DNA of 64,000 bases from Dehalococcoidia bacterium (GTDB lineage Bacteria > Chloroflexota > Dehalococcoidia > Plut-88900), in NCBI GenBank assembly GCA_965249275.1, contig CBDFLQ010000005.1, positions 709,857 through 773,856 on the forward strand, read 5' to 3'. This document shows, one piece after another, positions 1 to 8,370 of the stretch. Position numbers and translations under genes: made by a program. The notes beneath the pieces were generated by a model. That model was not told the DNA's origin. It searched no databases and saw nothing but the letters and a program-made list of their open reading frames with translations. The first letter of the stretch is position 1; every line of letters begins with the position of its first letter.

Positions 1-240
1 CAATTCGAAGGCGTCCCGTTCCTTGTCGGGGGTCGCGTCAAGGAAGGGTTCTTCGTAGTAGTGCGGATCGATATCTTCGCCGCCGGACAGGAGGAGACCA
101 TCAACGCTATCGAGGATAGAAGGGAAGTTAACGTCGGGATCGGGGCGGAGGATTATGGGCTCAGCGCCGACTTTCTCCAAGACCCTTATGTATCGGGCCC
201 CTTTGGCTTTCCTGGATGCGGTTATACCTACTATCGGCAT
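1..240 (-). CDS. gamma-glutamyl-gamma-aminobutyrate hydrolase family / peptidase C26 class I glutamine amidotransferase-like protein (N-terminal part, runs off the window)
   Basis: Manual translation from ATG at 240 gives MPIVGITASRK...DSVDGLLLSGGEDIDPHYY...ERDAFEL. DGLLLSGGxDIDPxxY and RDxFE are PuuD/C26 motifs. Not in the ORF track because it is truncated. Confidence 0.85.
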   Translation of the reverse strand, partial: MPIVGITASRKAKGARYIRVLEKVGAEPIILRPDPDVNFPSILDSVDGLLLSGGEDIDPHYYEEPFLDATPDKERDAFEL

Positions 241-276
241 GTGGGAAACGAGGTCTTGACGGACGGGTCAAGGTAA

Positions 277-308
277 CTGAAGTGAAGCGTAGAAAACCTT
301 CACTTCAG
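277..308. terminator. hairpin, possible terminator for the upstream (-) element
   Basis: Perfect 11-bp inverted repeat ctgaagtgaag...cttcacttcag. Confidence 0.4.
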
Positions 309-340
309 GCACGAACATAGTATCATTTTCCAGGCAATTA

Positions 341-1106
341 GGCAACATAATGTACTAGTTCGGCACGTCAGGGGCAGGCAAGGGCCTTTATTCGGTTGTG
401 GGTTGGATTTTGGTTCTTATTTGGGAGGGTTTGGCGATGGAAGACGCTGGCTGGACGCTGTCCCCGTTCATGTGCTTCGGGTGTTCCGACGCCCCGGGGC
501 GAGGGCGCCGGCCCGACTACGGCGGACTAAAGCCGCCTGCCGCTGCTGCGGCCTGTGGCCCTGCATACGCTGGACATGGGCAGGGACCTTCAGGGCCAGC
601 AGGTCCGAGCCCGACTCCGAGGGTTGGCTGCACCGCTATAGGGCGGCAAGGAGGCCCGTCCAGCGTCCGATGCCGGGCCTCTGCAGGCGTAGTGTGTTCA
701 AGTTTGCCGGTGCGACCCGGAGCGCGTAGACCACCGGCTCCCGGCTTCATTAAGCGGAGGGGGTACCGAGAGGGCCTCGGCGCCGGGCCTATCCGACCGC
801 TATTCCGCTCGAAGGAGCGGCTTCTCCGTAAGGAGCTTCACATGGAACTTAACGAACCAGGGCGTCTTTCCATCGCCTGGGGGTCAGGGAAGGGGCACGG
901 GACCTGATGGGATGAGGAGATGGCGGCGTTTGCTTGAGCCGCAGGCCGCGGGACGGCCATTGGGATGGGCTTGGACGTTGAGTCCTCGGATGGGTCGGGT
1001 GGGCTTCCCTGGGTTTTTGGTTCCTCCTTGAGATAGTTAGGTTAGTGTTCGAACGGTGGGGAGAATAGCACGAATGTTCATCTAAGGTCAAGGGGGTTGG
1101 TGTCAC
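341..1106 (-). ncRNA. putative large structured ncRNA element, copy 1 of a 3-member family
   Basis: Homologous in inverted orientation to 5990-6723 over promoter, leader and 3' tail. Closing stem 860-877 pairs with 433-447. Core has many hairpins and no conserved ORF. Confidence 0.6.
1062..1106 (-). promoter_or_regulatory. sigma70-type promoter with LexA-box-like site
   Basis: GTGACAccaaCCCCC-TTGACC-18nt-TATTCT, with GAACattcGTGC abutting the -10. Confidence 0.6.
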
Positions 1107-1173
1107 TCCTATTGAGGAAGGCGACCGGCCGGTCGTACCTACGGAAGTGGGGTGAGGTTGTATAATTGTCTGT

Positions 1174-2505
1174 ATGGCGGCGTTTAGGTGGGTAAGGCTG
1201 TTTCTCGGGGTGGCGATGTTGGTTGCAGGGCTGACGTTGCTGCTTAGTCCCGCCCTCGCCCAAAATTCGGAAGAGCAAGTCTACGTACTCACCTACGACG
1301 GAGATATAGGCCCAAACGCGGAGCGGTATTTTTCTCGCGGCATCGAGATGGCGGAGGTTGATGGGGCGGCGTTGGTCGTCATCAAGCTGGACACGCCGGG
1401 GGGGTCGCTTTCCTCCACTGAGAAGATTGTGGAGAGGCTGCTCGGGGCGGAGGTGCCCGTGGCGGTGTACGTCTATCCACCTGGCGCCTTTGCGGCCTCG
1501 GCGGGGACGTTTGTCACGGCGGCGGCTAACTTTGCGGTGATGGCTGAGGGCACGTCCATCGGGGCGGCTTCGCCGGTCGCCGCGGACGGAGAAGACCTGC
1601 CCGATACACTATCCGAAAAGGCCATCAACATAACCGTAGCTATGGCCGAGGGCATCGCAGAGAAACGAGGCCGCGACAAGGAAGCCCTGACCAAGACGAT
1701 CACGGAGTCGGAGGCGTACACGGCGTCAGTGGCGGTGGAAGTCGGGTTAGTAGATTTCGTGGCTGTGAACATACAAGACTTGCTTGAACAGCTGGACGGA
1801 AGGGAGACGGAGACGGCGTTAGGAACGGTTACGATGCGGACCGCGGGGCTGGTGGAGCGTGAGGTCGATAGGAACCTCGCTGAGAAGTTCTTCTCGTTCG
1901 TCGCAAATCCGAACGTTATAGGTCTACTCCTGACGTTTGGCTCAATAGGCCTCTTTGTGGAGCTTCTGAACCCGGGGCTGATCGTTCCCGGGGTCGTTGG
2001 GGCGCTGGCGTTAATCGTAGGGCTGGTGGCTCTTGGGGCGCTCCCGTTCAACTGGGCGGGTGTGGTGCTGCTGGGCCTGGCAGCCATACTGATCTTCCTG
2101 GAGATACAGGTTCCGGGGATAGGGTTCCTGGGGGTGGGGGGAGTGATCGCGTTCGTGCTGGGGGCGCTGCTGCTATTCTCGGTTGGGGAGCCGGACTGGC
2201 CGGGGGCCCCGGTGCTCAGGATCAGTTTCTGGCTCGTGGCCATACTCTCCGGGATGATGGCGGTATTTGCCCTGGTGATCGTAGGGGCGGTGGTAAGGAC
2301 GCGAAAGCTGAAATATGCCTCGAGTGTGGAGCTACTTATCGGGCAGACGGGACAAGTGCTCTCGGAGTTGAACCCCGTGGGGAACGTGCAGCTGAAAAGC
2401 GAGACGTGGAGCGCGGTGTCGTCGGGGGAGGGGTCAATAGGGGTGGGTGATAAGGTGGAAGTGGTCGAAGTCGACGGTCTGACTATCAAAGTCCGCAAGG
2501 CGTGA
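1174..2505 (+). CDS. nfeD: NfeD family membrane-bound ClpP-class serine protease
   Basis: LDTPGG and AASAG motifs, IGAASPV, TM region and C-terminal OB-like domain; upstream of an SPFH gene. Confidence 0.92.
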   Translation: MAAFRWVRLFLGVAMLVAGLTLLLSPALAQNSEEQVYVLTYDGDIGPNAERYFSRGIEMAEVDGAALVVIKLDTPGGSLSSTEKIVERLLGAEVPVAVYVYPPGAFAASAGTFVTAAANFAVMAEGTSIGAASPVAADGEDLPDTLSEKAINITVAMAEGIAEKRGRDKEALTKTITESEAYTASVAVEVGLVDFVAVNIQDLLEQLDGRETETALGTVTMRTAGLVEREVDRNLAEKFFSFVANPNVIGLLLTFGSIGLFVELLNPGLIVPGVVGALALIVGLVALGALPFNWAGVVLLGLAAILIFLEIQVPGIGFLGVGGVIAFVLGALLLFSVGEPDWPGAPVLRISFWLVAILSGMMAVFALVIVGAVVRTRKLKYASSVELLIGQTGQVLSELNPVGNVQLKSETWSAVSSGEGSIGVGDKVEVVEVDGLTIKVRKA

Positions 2506-2523
2506 ATTAGAAAGGAGCCTTAA

Positions 2524-3402
2524 ATGGCGACACCGGTATTGTTCCCAGTAATCATCGTAAAGCAGTATGAAAGGATGGTCCCCTTCAGGCTGGGGAAGTT
2601 CTACGGGTTGAAGGGCGCGGGTCTGCGGCTCCTGATCCCGTTTATAGACAGCTTCCAGAAGGTCGATCTTCGAGAAGACGTAATCGACGTGGCGAGGCAG
2701 ACCAACATAACCAAGGACAACGCCCCGATAGGCATCGACTTCTTGATCTACTACAAGGTAGTGGACCATGAGGCAGAGAAGTCGGTCATCGAGGTCCAGG
2801 ACTTCCGCGCCGCGATTGTAGGTATGGCCACGACAACCCTTAGGGCCGTAATTGGTGACATCCCCCTGGATGACGTCCTCGCCAAAAGAGAGGAGATCAA
2901 CATGGTCCTCCGGGTCAAGCTGGATGAAGTCACCAGCCGCTGGGGCGTGAAGGTGACGGCTGTCGAGATCCGGGAGATCGACCCGCCCACCGAGATCCAG
3001 CACGCCATGAACAGGCAGATGGCCGCCGAGCGGGAACGCCGAGCCGTAGTCACCGAGGCGGACGGCCAGAAAGAGGCCAACATCACAGTCGCAGAGGGAC
3101 AGAAGCAGGCAGCGATCCTCAATGCCGAGGGCCAGAGGCAGTCAGAGATACTGAAGGCTGAGGGCAATAGGCAAGCGGCGATTCTCAACGCCGAGGGATT
3201 CAGCAATGCGCTGGACCAGATATACAAGGTAGCCCAGGGGGTCGATGCGAAGACGATGAGCCTCCAATACTTCGAGACGTTGAAGGAAATTGGGGCCAGC
3301 CCCTCCACCAAGTTCATCTTCCCGATGGAGTTCACCAACGTTCTGAAGCCCTTCATGAACCTGGCCGCCAGCGCCGATGAGGATGCGGCCAACGGGAGGT
3401 AG
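2524..3402 (+). CDS. SPFH/stomatin (band 7) domain protein
   Basis: ITKDN, TTLRAVIG, WGVKVTAVEIREI and QMAAERERRA; canonical nfeD-SPFH pair. Confidence 0.93.
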   Translation: MATPVLFPVIIVKQYERMVPFRLGKFYGLKGAGLRLLIPFIDSFQKVDLREDVIDVARQTNITKDNAPIGIDFLIYYKVVDHEAEKSVIEVQDFRAAIVGMATTTLRAVIGDIPLDDVLAKREEINMVLRVKLDEVTSRWGVKVTAVEIREIDPPTEIQHAMNRQMAAERERRAVVTEADGQKEANITVAEGQKQAAILNAEGQRQSEILKAEGNRQAAILNAEGFSNALDQIYKVAQGVDAKTMSLQYFETLKEIGASPSTKFIFPMEFTNVLKPFMNLAASADEDAANGR

Positions 3403-3510
3403 GAACGCGGCTGGGGAGTAGACCTATTATGTGGTGGGAAAGGGCTGCGCTCTTTCCCACCACCGTTTTGATGGGTGGGTGATATACTCGCCTCCCTGCT
3501 TCAAGCGCAT

Positions 3511-4674
3511 ATGGCTAAGTCCAACGACAACTCAACATCCGTCCGCGGGCGTAATGTCTCAGTCGCATACCGTCGGATAGTGGTGAAATTGGGCAGCAAC
3601 CTGCTTGCGGGGCCCGACCGAGGCCTCGACCTGGGGTGTATGGCCTCGCTAGTTGGGCAGATAGCGACTATCAGGCGGGAAGGGATGGAGGTGGTGCTGG
3701 TGACGTCGGGGGCGATGGCGTCCGGGAGGGAGATTCTGGGCCGGGTGCCGGAGCACAGGGGTGTGCCGCTGAAGCAGGTGCTGGCGTCGGTGGGGCAGGG
3801 AAGGTTGATGCAGGCGTACGACAGGCTGTTCGGGGAGCACGGGATAACCGTTGCGCAGGCCCTGGTGTCGAGGGGGGACCTGTCGGATAGGCTCGGGTAC
3901 CTGAATGTGCGGAACACTCTCAACACTTTGCTGGAGCTCGGGGTGCAGCCAATCGTTAACGAGAACGATGTTGTTGCCGTCGAGGAGATCAAGGGGACGC
4001 GGTTCGGGGACAACGATAATCTATCGGCGATGGTGGCGAACCTTGTGGACGCGGACCTCCTGATGATCCTTTCGGACGTGGCGGGGTTGTACACATCGGA
4101 CCCGAGCCTCGACCCGGAAGCGAAGCTCATCCCCAGGGTGGAGGCGATCGATGAATCGATTACGTCTCTGGCCCAAGGTACGAAGAGCGCGGAGGCAGTC
4201 GGTGGGATGGTAACGAAGCTGCAGGCGGCGAGCCTGGCTACGACATCAGGGGTGGACGTGGTGATTGCCAAGGGTCGGATGGAGGACGTGATACCCCGCC
4301 TGGCCCGTGGAGAGGGATTGGGCACTTTCTTCCCCAGCCAGACGACGAAGATGGAGAGCCGGAAGCGGTGGATGCTGAGCGGGCTGAACTCCCGGGGCTC
4401 GGTGCGGGTGGATGGGGGTGCGGTGTCGGCGCTAAAGAGGGGAGGGAAGAGCCTGCTGCCCGCGGGTGTGGTGGAGGTGTCGGGGAGCTTTGAGCGGGGA
4501 GACGTGCTGATCATTCTCGACGGGGACAGCAACCGGATCGCATGTGGGCTGGCCAACTATGGGGCGGGGGATGCGAAGGCGATAGCGGGACGGCAGTCGG
4601 GGGAGATCTTAGAAGTTCTCGGGTACGAGTACGGGGCGGAGCTGGTGCATAGGGATAACTTGGTGTTGCTGTAG
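3511..4674 (+). CDS. proB: glutamate 5-kinase
   Basis: VVKLGSN, VTSGA, PIVNENDVV, FGDNDNLSA, GGMVTKL and a C-terminal PUA domain ending HRDNLVLL. Confidence 0.96.
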   Translation: MAKSNDNSTSVRGRNVSVAYRRIVVKLGSNLLAGPDRGLDLGCMASLVGQIATIRREGMEVVLVTSGAMASGREILGRVPEHRGVPLKQVLASVGQGRLMQAYDRLFGEHGITVAQALVSRGDLSDRLGYLNVRNTLNTLLELGVQPIVNENDVVAVEEIKGTRFGDNDNLSAMVANLVDADLLMILSDVAGLYTSDPSLDPEAKLIPRVEAIDESITSLAQGTKSAEAVGGMVTKLQAASLATTSGVDVVIAKGRMEDVIPRLARGEGLGTFFPSQTTKMESRKRWMLSGLNSRGSVRVDGGAVSALKRGGKSLLPAGVVEVSGSFERGDVLIILDGDSNRIACGLANYGAGDAKAIAGRQSGEILEVLGYEYGAELVHRDNLVLL

Positions 4675-4773
4675 GGGAGGGGGGGTTTGTACTGGATCTG
4701 GCTCTAGGTTGATTTTGAAACAGCGATATTTACAACTTCCGTCGCATATTTGTCTTAATGCGTATACCAGCTA

Positions 4774-5628
4774 ATGACTAAGAAGCGTTTGTCTACCAAA
4801 ATCAGACAAATGGCCGAACTACAATACGCCGAGATTGTCGGACGCCTTTATGCCAGTGAACATCTGGAGTCGGAAATAGAGAACGTTTCCGACCCTCGCG
4901 TATTGTATGGATGGAATCTGTTGACTCAAGAAGTACTGATCCGGCTTGCGGAGGCGTCCCTAAAGTTGCTCTACATGGTTTACTTCGACCACGAACCGCC
5001 GCGTGGTCGCGATGGTCACGATCTTGCGGTCCTTTGGGGAAAATTCCCTAAAGAAGTACAGGACGAAGTAGAAGCCAAGCGTCAGAATTATTCCGGCGGC
5101 GATCGGCGAATCAGTTTCCCTGACTATAATTTTGATGACTTCCAGGACGTCAGGTATTTGTACGAGCGCCTATTGGGAGGTCAGGCCAAGTCGTTTGAGA
5201 CGCGACGATTGTATCTAGATTCGTTCGCCGCTAGAGACGTGGCGGAAGACTGGTTAGGCAACATAACGACCTGGCCTTGGGCGGGATTGGTAGACCTTGC
5301 CTTAGCTGGCTACGAGATCATTCCAACTGCGGAGGATAAGTTAGATGTTTGGGTCAAGAATCCGATTAAGCCTATGGATTGGGCAGGCGCGATTATAGAA
5401 CTCAAAGATGGCCGATATATCTGGACGCTTTTCTGCGGCTTCACTAAAGGCAACGGTGAGAGAAAATCTTACAAAATTAAAAGCCCGTGCTACTCATGGC
5501 CGCTCGAAGATCTATTGGCCAATACTGTCGAGGAGTGCGCGGAGAAGATTCACCGGGCCTATCAGGAACCCTGTCCTGCATTGCTCAAGGCCATAGAGGA
5601 AGCGACTGAAATGAAGAGTATCAACTAA
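4774..5628 (+). CDS. hypothetical protein with HEPN-like N-terminal domain, inserted between proB and proA
   Basis: 284-aa ORF, visibly more AT-rich than its neighbours. The AEASLKLL...GHDLAVLW...DVRY pattern resembles HEPN. Confidence 0.6.
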   Translation: MTKKRLSTKIRQMAELQYAEIVGRLYASEHLESEIENVSDPRVLYGWNLLTQEVLIRLAEASLKLLYMVYFDHEPPRGRDGHDLAVLWGKFPKEVQDEVEAKRQNYSGGDRRISFPDYNFDDFQDVRYLYERLLGGQAKSFETRRLYLDSFAARDVAEDWLGNITTWPWAGLVDLALAGYEIIPTAEDKLDVWVKNPIKPMDWAGAIIELKDGRYIWTLFCGFTKGNGERKSYKIKSPCYSWPLEDLLANTVEECAEKIHRAYQEPCPALLKAIEEATEMKSIN

Positions 5629-5779
5629 AGCGCGAGTGCACGGCATAAGAGTTGCGTAGTCAATTGCACACAATTATTAGGTAAATAGTGGTAGGCAAAG
5701 GCTACCCGGACGGGCTCGTGGTATATTATTCAGGCTAAGATGCACCTACCTCAAGTGTGCTGAAATTGAAGCAGAAAAA

Positions 5780-5844
5780 ATGACTACCAGCGTTAAACAG
5801 GACCTTAGGGCGCAGGCTTTGGCGGCTCGGGGGTCGGGGCGGAG
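5780..5844 (+). repeat. duplicated 5' fragment of proA (about 65 bp, direct repeat of 6757-6822)
   Basis: Encodes MTTSVKQDLRAQALAARGSGR versus MTTSVKQDLRAQALAARGAGR, then diverges. Confidence 0.9.
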
Positions 5845-5989
5845 GTGGGTTGGGAGGGTGCGAAGAGGTGGTTTGAAGTGGAGTTGCTTAGGTCTGGCTA
5901 GTCGTCAGCTATTCCCACCCGGCATAGGAGACGCCTTCGGAGAGAGATTTACGTTGGGTCGGGCCGTTTGATCCCGTTCACATAGAGGG

Positions 5990-6723
5990 GTGACATCACC
6001 CCCTTGACATTATAAGTACTTATGTTCTATATTCTAACCAGGTCTAGACCACCTAACCCAACTACCTTAAGGAGGTACACAACACCCAGGGAAGCCCACC
6101 CGACCCACCAGAGGACTCAACGTCCAAGCCCATCCCAACGGCCCTCGCGCAGGCCTGCGGCACAAGCAAACGCCGCCATCTCCTCATCCCCACGGGTCCC
6201 GTGCCCCCTTCCCTGACCCCCAGGCGATGGAAAGACGCCCTGGCCTTCACGCTCCCACCCTGCTCCCTGTACGGGAGATTGCATCAAGGGTGACCCGAGC
6301 ATACACTCCGCGGACCGCCTAACCCCCATGGAGAACCGTCTCGAACGTCGGGCCGCATTGCTGGAGATTGGCGCTACGGCGCGGGGGTGCCCGGAGGATA
6401 TTCGCTCCTGTCCTTTTCCGGCGAACTTGGACACTATTAGTTAGGCTGTGGGGCCTCGCACAGCTGGATCCCTGGCCCCGACGTGCCCCCACGGGCATAC
6501 AGCCCCCATAAGGAGCCTCTGCCGGACGTCTGGCCCGAGAATTGTCCGTGTATACCATCTAGCATCAGGGCATACTGGCTGCAAGTCCACGTACAAGCAG
6601 CTCTGCCAAATGGGCGTCTTCCATCGCCAACCTCCTCCCAACAGACAGAACGGAAACCAAAACCCCACAACTGAATAAAACCCGGTGTGTCACTAATCTA
6701 CCGAACGAGTACACGTTCTTGCC
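5990..6723 (+). ncRNA. putative large structured ncRNA element, copy 2
   Basis: TTGACA-18-TATATT promoter with GTACttatGTTC. Leader nearly identical to copy 1. Stem 6223-6240 pairs with 6612-6628. Central motif at 6418-6433. Confidence 0.6.
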
Positions 6724-6756
6724 CCTCGGCGGTCAAGTCCTGATAATAGGAGAGCA

Positions 6757-8034
6757 ATGACTACGAGTGTTAAACAAGACCTTAGGGCGCAGGCTTTGGC
6801 GGCTCGGGGGGCGGGGCGGGAGCTGGGTCGGGCGAACAGTGCAATTAAGGACCGGGCCCTGAGGAACATAGCGCGAGCCCTTCTCGAAAAGCAGGAGGAT
6901 ATTGTCGCGGCCAACCGTCGGGACTGCGAGACGGGTGTTGCAACGGGGTTGTCGGACGCTCTGTTGGACCGGCTCCTGCTTACGCCCGAGCGGATTCAAG
7001 CTCTCGCTGCGGATGTTGAGGGCATTGCCGTGCTGCCCGACCCTGTAGGCGAGACGTTCGATATGCGGACGCTTCCGAATGGGCTGCAGGTCGGGAAGAG
7101 GCGTGTGCCATTGGGCCTGATCGGGGCCATATATGAAAGCCGCCCGAATGTGACCATAGACATATCTTGCCTATGTCTCAAGTCGGGCAACGCGGTGCTG
7201 CTGAGGGGCGGCAAGGAGGCCATCAGGTCGAACCTTATCCTCTCCTCAATTGTAAGGGAGAGCCTGGTCGAGGCTGGGGGGCCGGGCGAGGCTGTTCAGT
7301 TCGTCGAGTCGACGGACCGGTCCCTGGTCGGTGAGATGCTCGGCATGAAGGGGTTGATCGACCTGTTAGTGCCCCGGGGCAGTGAGCAGTTCATACGCTA
7401 CGTAGGAGAGAACGCTTCGATGCCGGTGGTAGAGGGTGGGGTGGGGGTGTGCCACACGTATGTGGACAAGTCGGCCAATCTGGACAGTGCGGTAGCCATA
7501 GCCTACAATGCCAAGGTACAACGCCCCTCCACCTGCAACGCCCTGGACACCCTCATCGTGCACTCCGCCGTCGCCCACGAATACTTACCTCGAATCGCCC
7601 GCGCCTGGAGTGAGAAGGGCGTAGAGATACGGTGCGACGAAAGGGCCCTCGACCTGCTACAGAGCGTGCCCGAGGCCCGGTCAGTCCCCGCAACCGAGTC
7701 CGACTGGGGTACGGAGTTTCTTGCCCTGGTCGCCTCGGTCAAAGTTGTAGACGGGCTGGACGAGGCCCTGAACCACGTAGAGACCTATGGGTCGGGGCAT
7801 TCAGAGGCGATAATTACCGAGGACTACTCGGCGGCGCAGAGGTTCCTGGATGAGGTGGACGCGGCGGCCGTATTTGTAAATGCCAGCACCCGCTTCACTG
7901 ACGGCGGCCAGTTTGGCCTCGGGGCAGAGGTGGGGATCAGCACGCAGAAGCTGCACGCTCGGGGCCCGATGGGGCTCCGGGAGATGACTTCCTACAAGTG
8001 GATAATTCTGGGCCGCGGTCACGTCCGGCCCTAG
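6757..8034 (+). CDS. proA: gamma-glutamyl phosphate reductase (glutamate-5-semialdehyde dehydrogenase)
   Basis: IYESRPNVT, CLKSGNAVLLRGGKEA, CNALDT and NASTRFTDGGQFGLGAEVGISTQKLHARGPMGL. Confidence 0.97.
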   Translation: MTTSVKQDLRAQALAARGAGRELGRANSAIKDRALRNIARALLEKQEDIVAANRRDCETGVATGLSDALLDRLLLTPERIQALAADVEGIAVLPDPVGETFDMRTLPNGLQVGKRRVPLGLIGAIYESRPNVTIDISCLCLKSGNAVLLRGGKEAIRSNLILSSIVRESLVEAGGPGEAVQFVESTDRSLVGEMLGMKGLIDLLVPRGSEQFIRYVGENASMPVVEGGVGVCHTYVDKSANLDSAVAIAYNAKVQRPSTCNALDTLIVHSAVAHEYLPRIARAWSEKGVEIRCDERALDLLQSVPEARSVPATESDWGTEFLALVASVKVVDGLDEALNHVETYGSGHSEAIITEDYSAAQRFLDEVDAAAVFVNASTRFTDGGQFGLGAEVGISTQKLHARGPMGLREMTSYKWIILGRGHVRP

Positions 8035-8055
8035 ACCAGAGAGGAAACACCGCAC

Positions 8056-8370
8056 ATGGCCCCCTACCGCTTCGAAAGAGAATGCCGCACCCCGCACTCA
8101 GAGACCTACACGATCATCGATGATGAGAGCTCGGCGGGACGGGTCGATCTGCACTTTGGCGCCAGCGTGGTACACGCTACGCTCTGCGTACTTGAGAACA
8201 TAACCCAGGAGGGCGTCCAGGAGCTCATCGATACAATCGACGAGGAACTAGTTATGACGGCGGACGCGTCTCGGGGCGACTTCATAGTCGCGGTGTACCA
8301 GGGCCGGGAGATCGGTGTGTTCAGCGACGAGGACTTCGACGAGGAAGAGGGCGGCGGCAGCGCTCAATAG
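8056..8370 (+). CDS. conserved hypothetical acidic protein
   Basis: 104-aa ORF directly after proA with GAGG SD and typical codon usage. Confidence 0.7.
   Translation: MAPYRFERECRTPHSETYTIIDDESSAGRVDLHFGASVVHATLCVLENITQEGVQELIDTIDEELVMTADASRGDFIVAVYQGREIGVFSDEDFDEEEGGGSAQ

Noticed and set aside
398-1106. Overlapping ORFs of 77-169 aa within element copy 1 (and similar ones at 6022-6678)
   Set aside because: Not conserved between homologous copies (indels, stops); typical of spurious ORFs in GC-rich DNA
1473-4556. Long antisense ORFs (1473-2498, 3501-4556; also 16833-17828, 48632-49552 and the alternate-frame 28613-29848)
   Set aside because: Shadow frames of well-supported genes caused by GC codon bias
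5780-5971. 63-aa ORF starting like ProA
   Set aside because: Only the first ~21 codons are proA-derived; treated as a duplication remnant
6241-6611. tmRNA, RNase P or self-splicing intron identity for the structured cores (the GCG AAC motif resembles a tmRNA resume codon)
   Set aside because: No tRNA-like ends (GGGG...CCACCA), no GAGGAAAGTCC, and no group II domain V or group I core motifs visible
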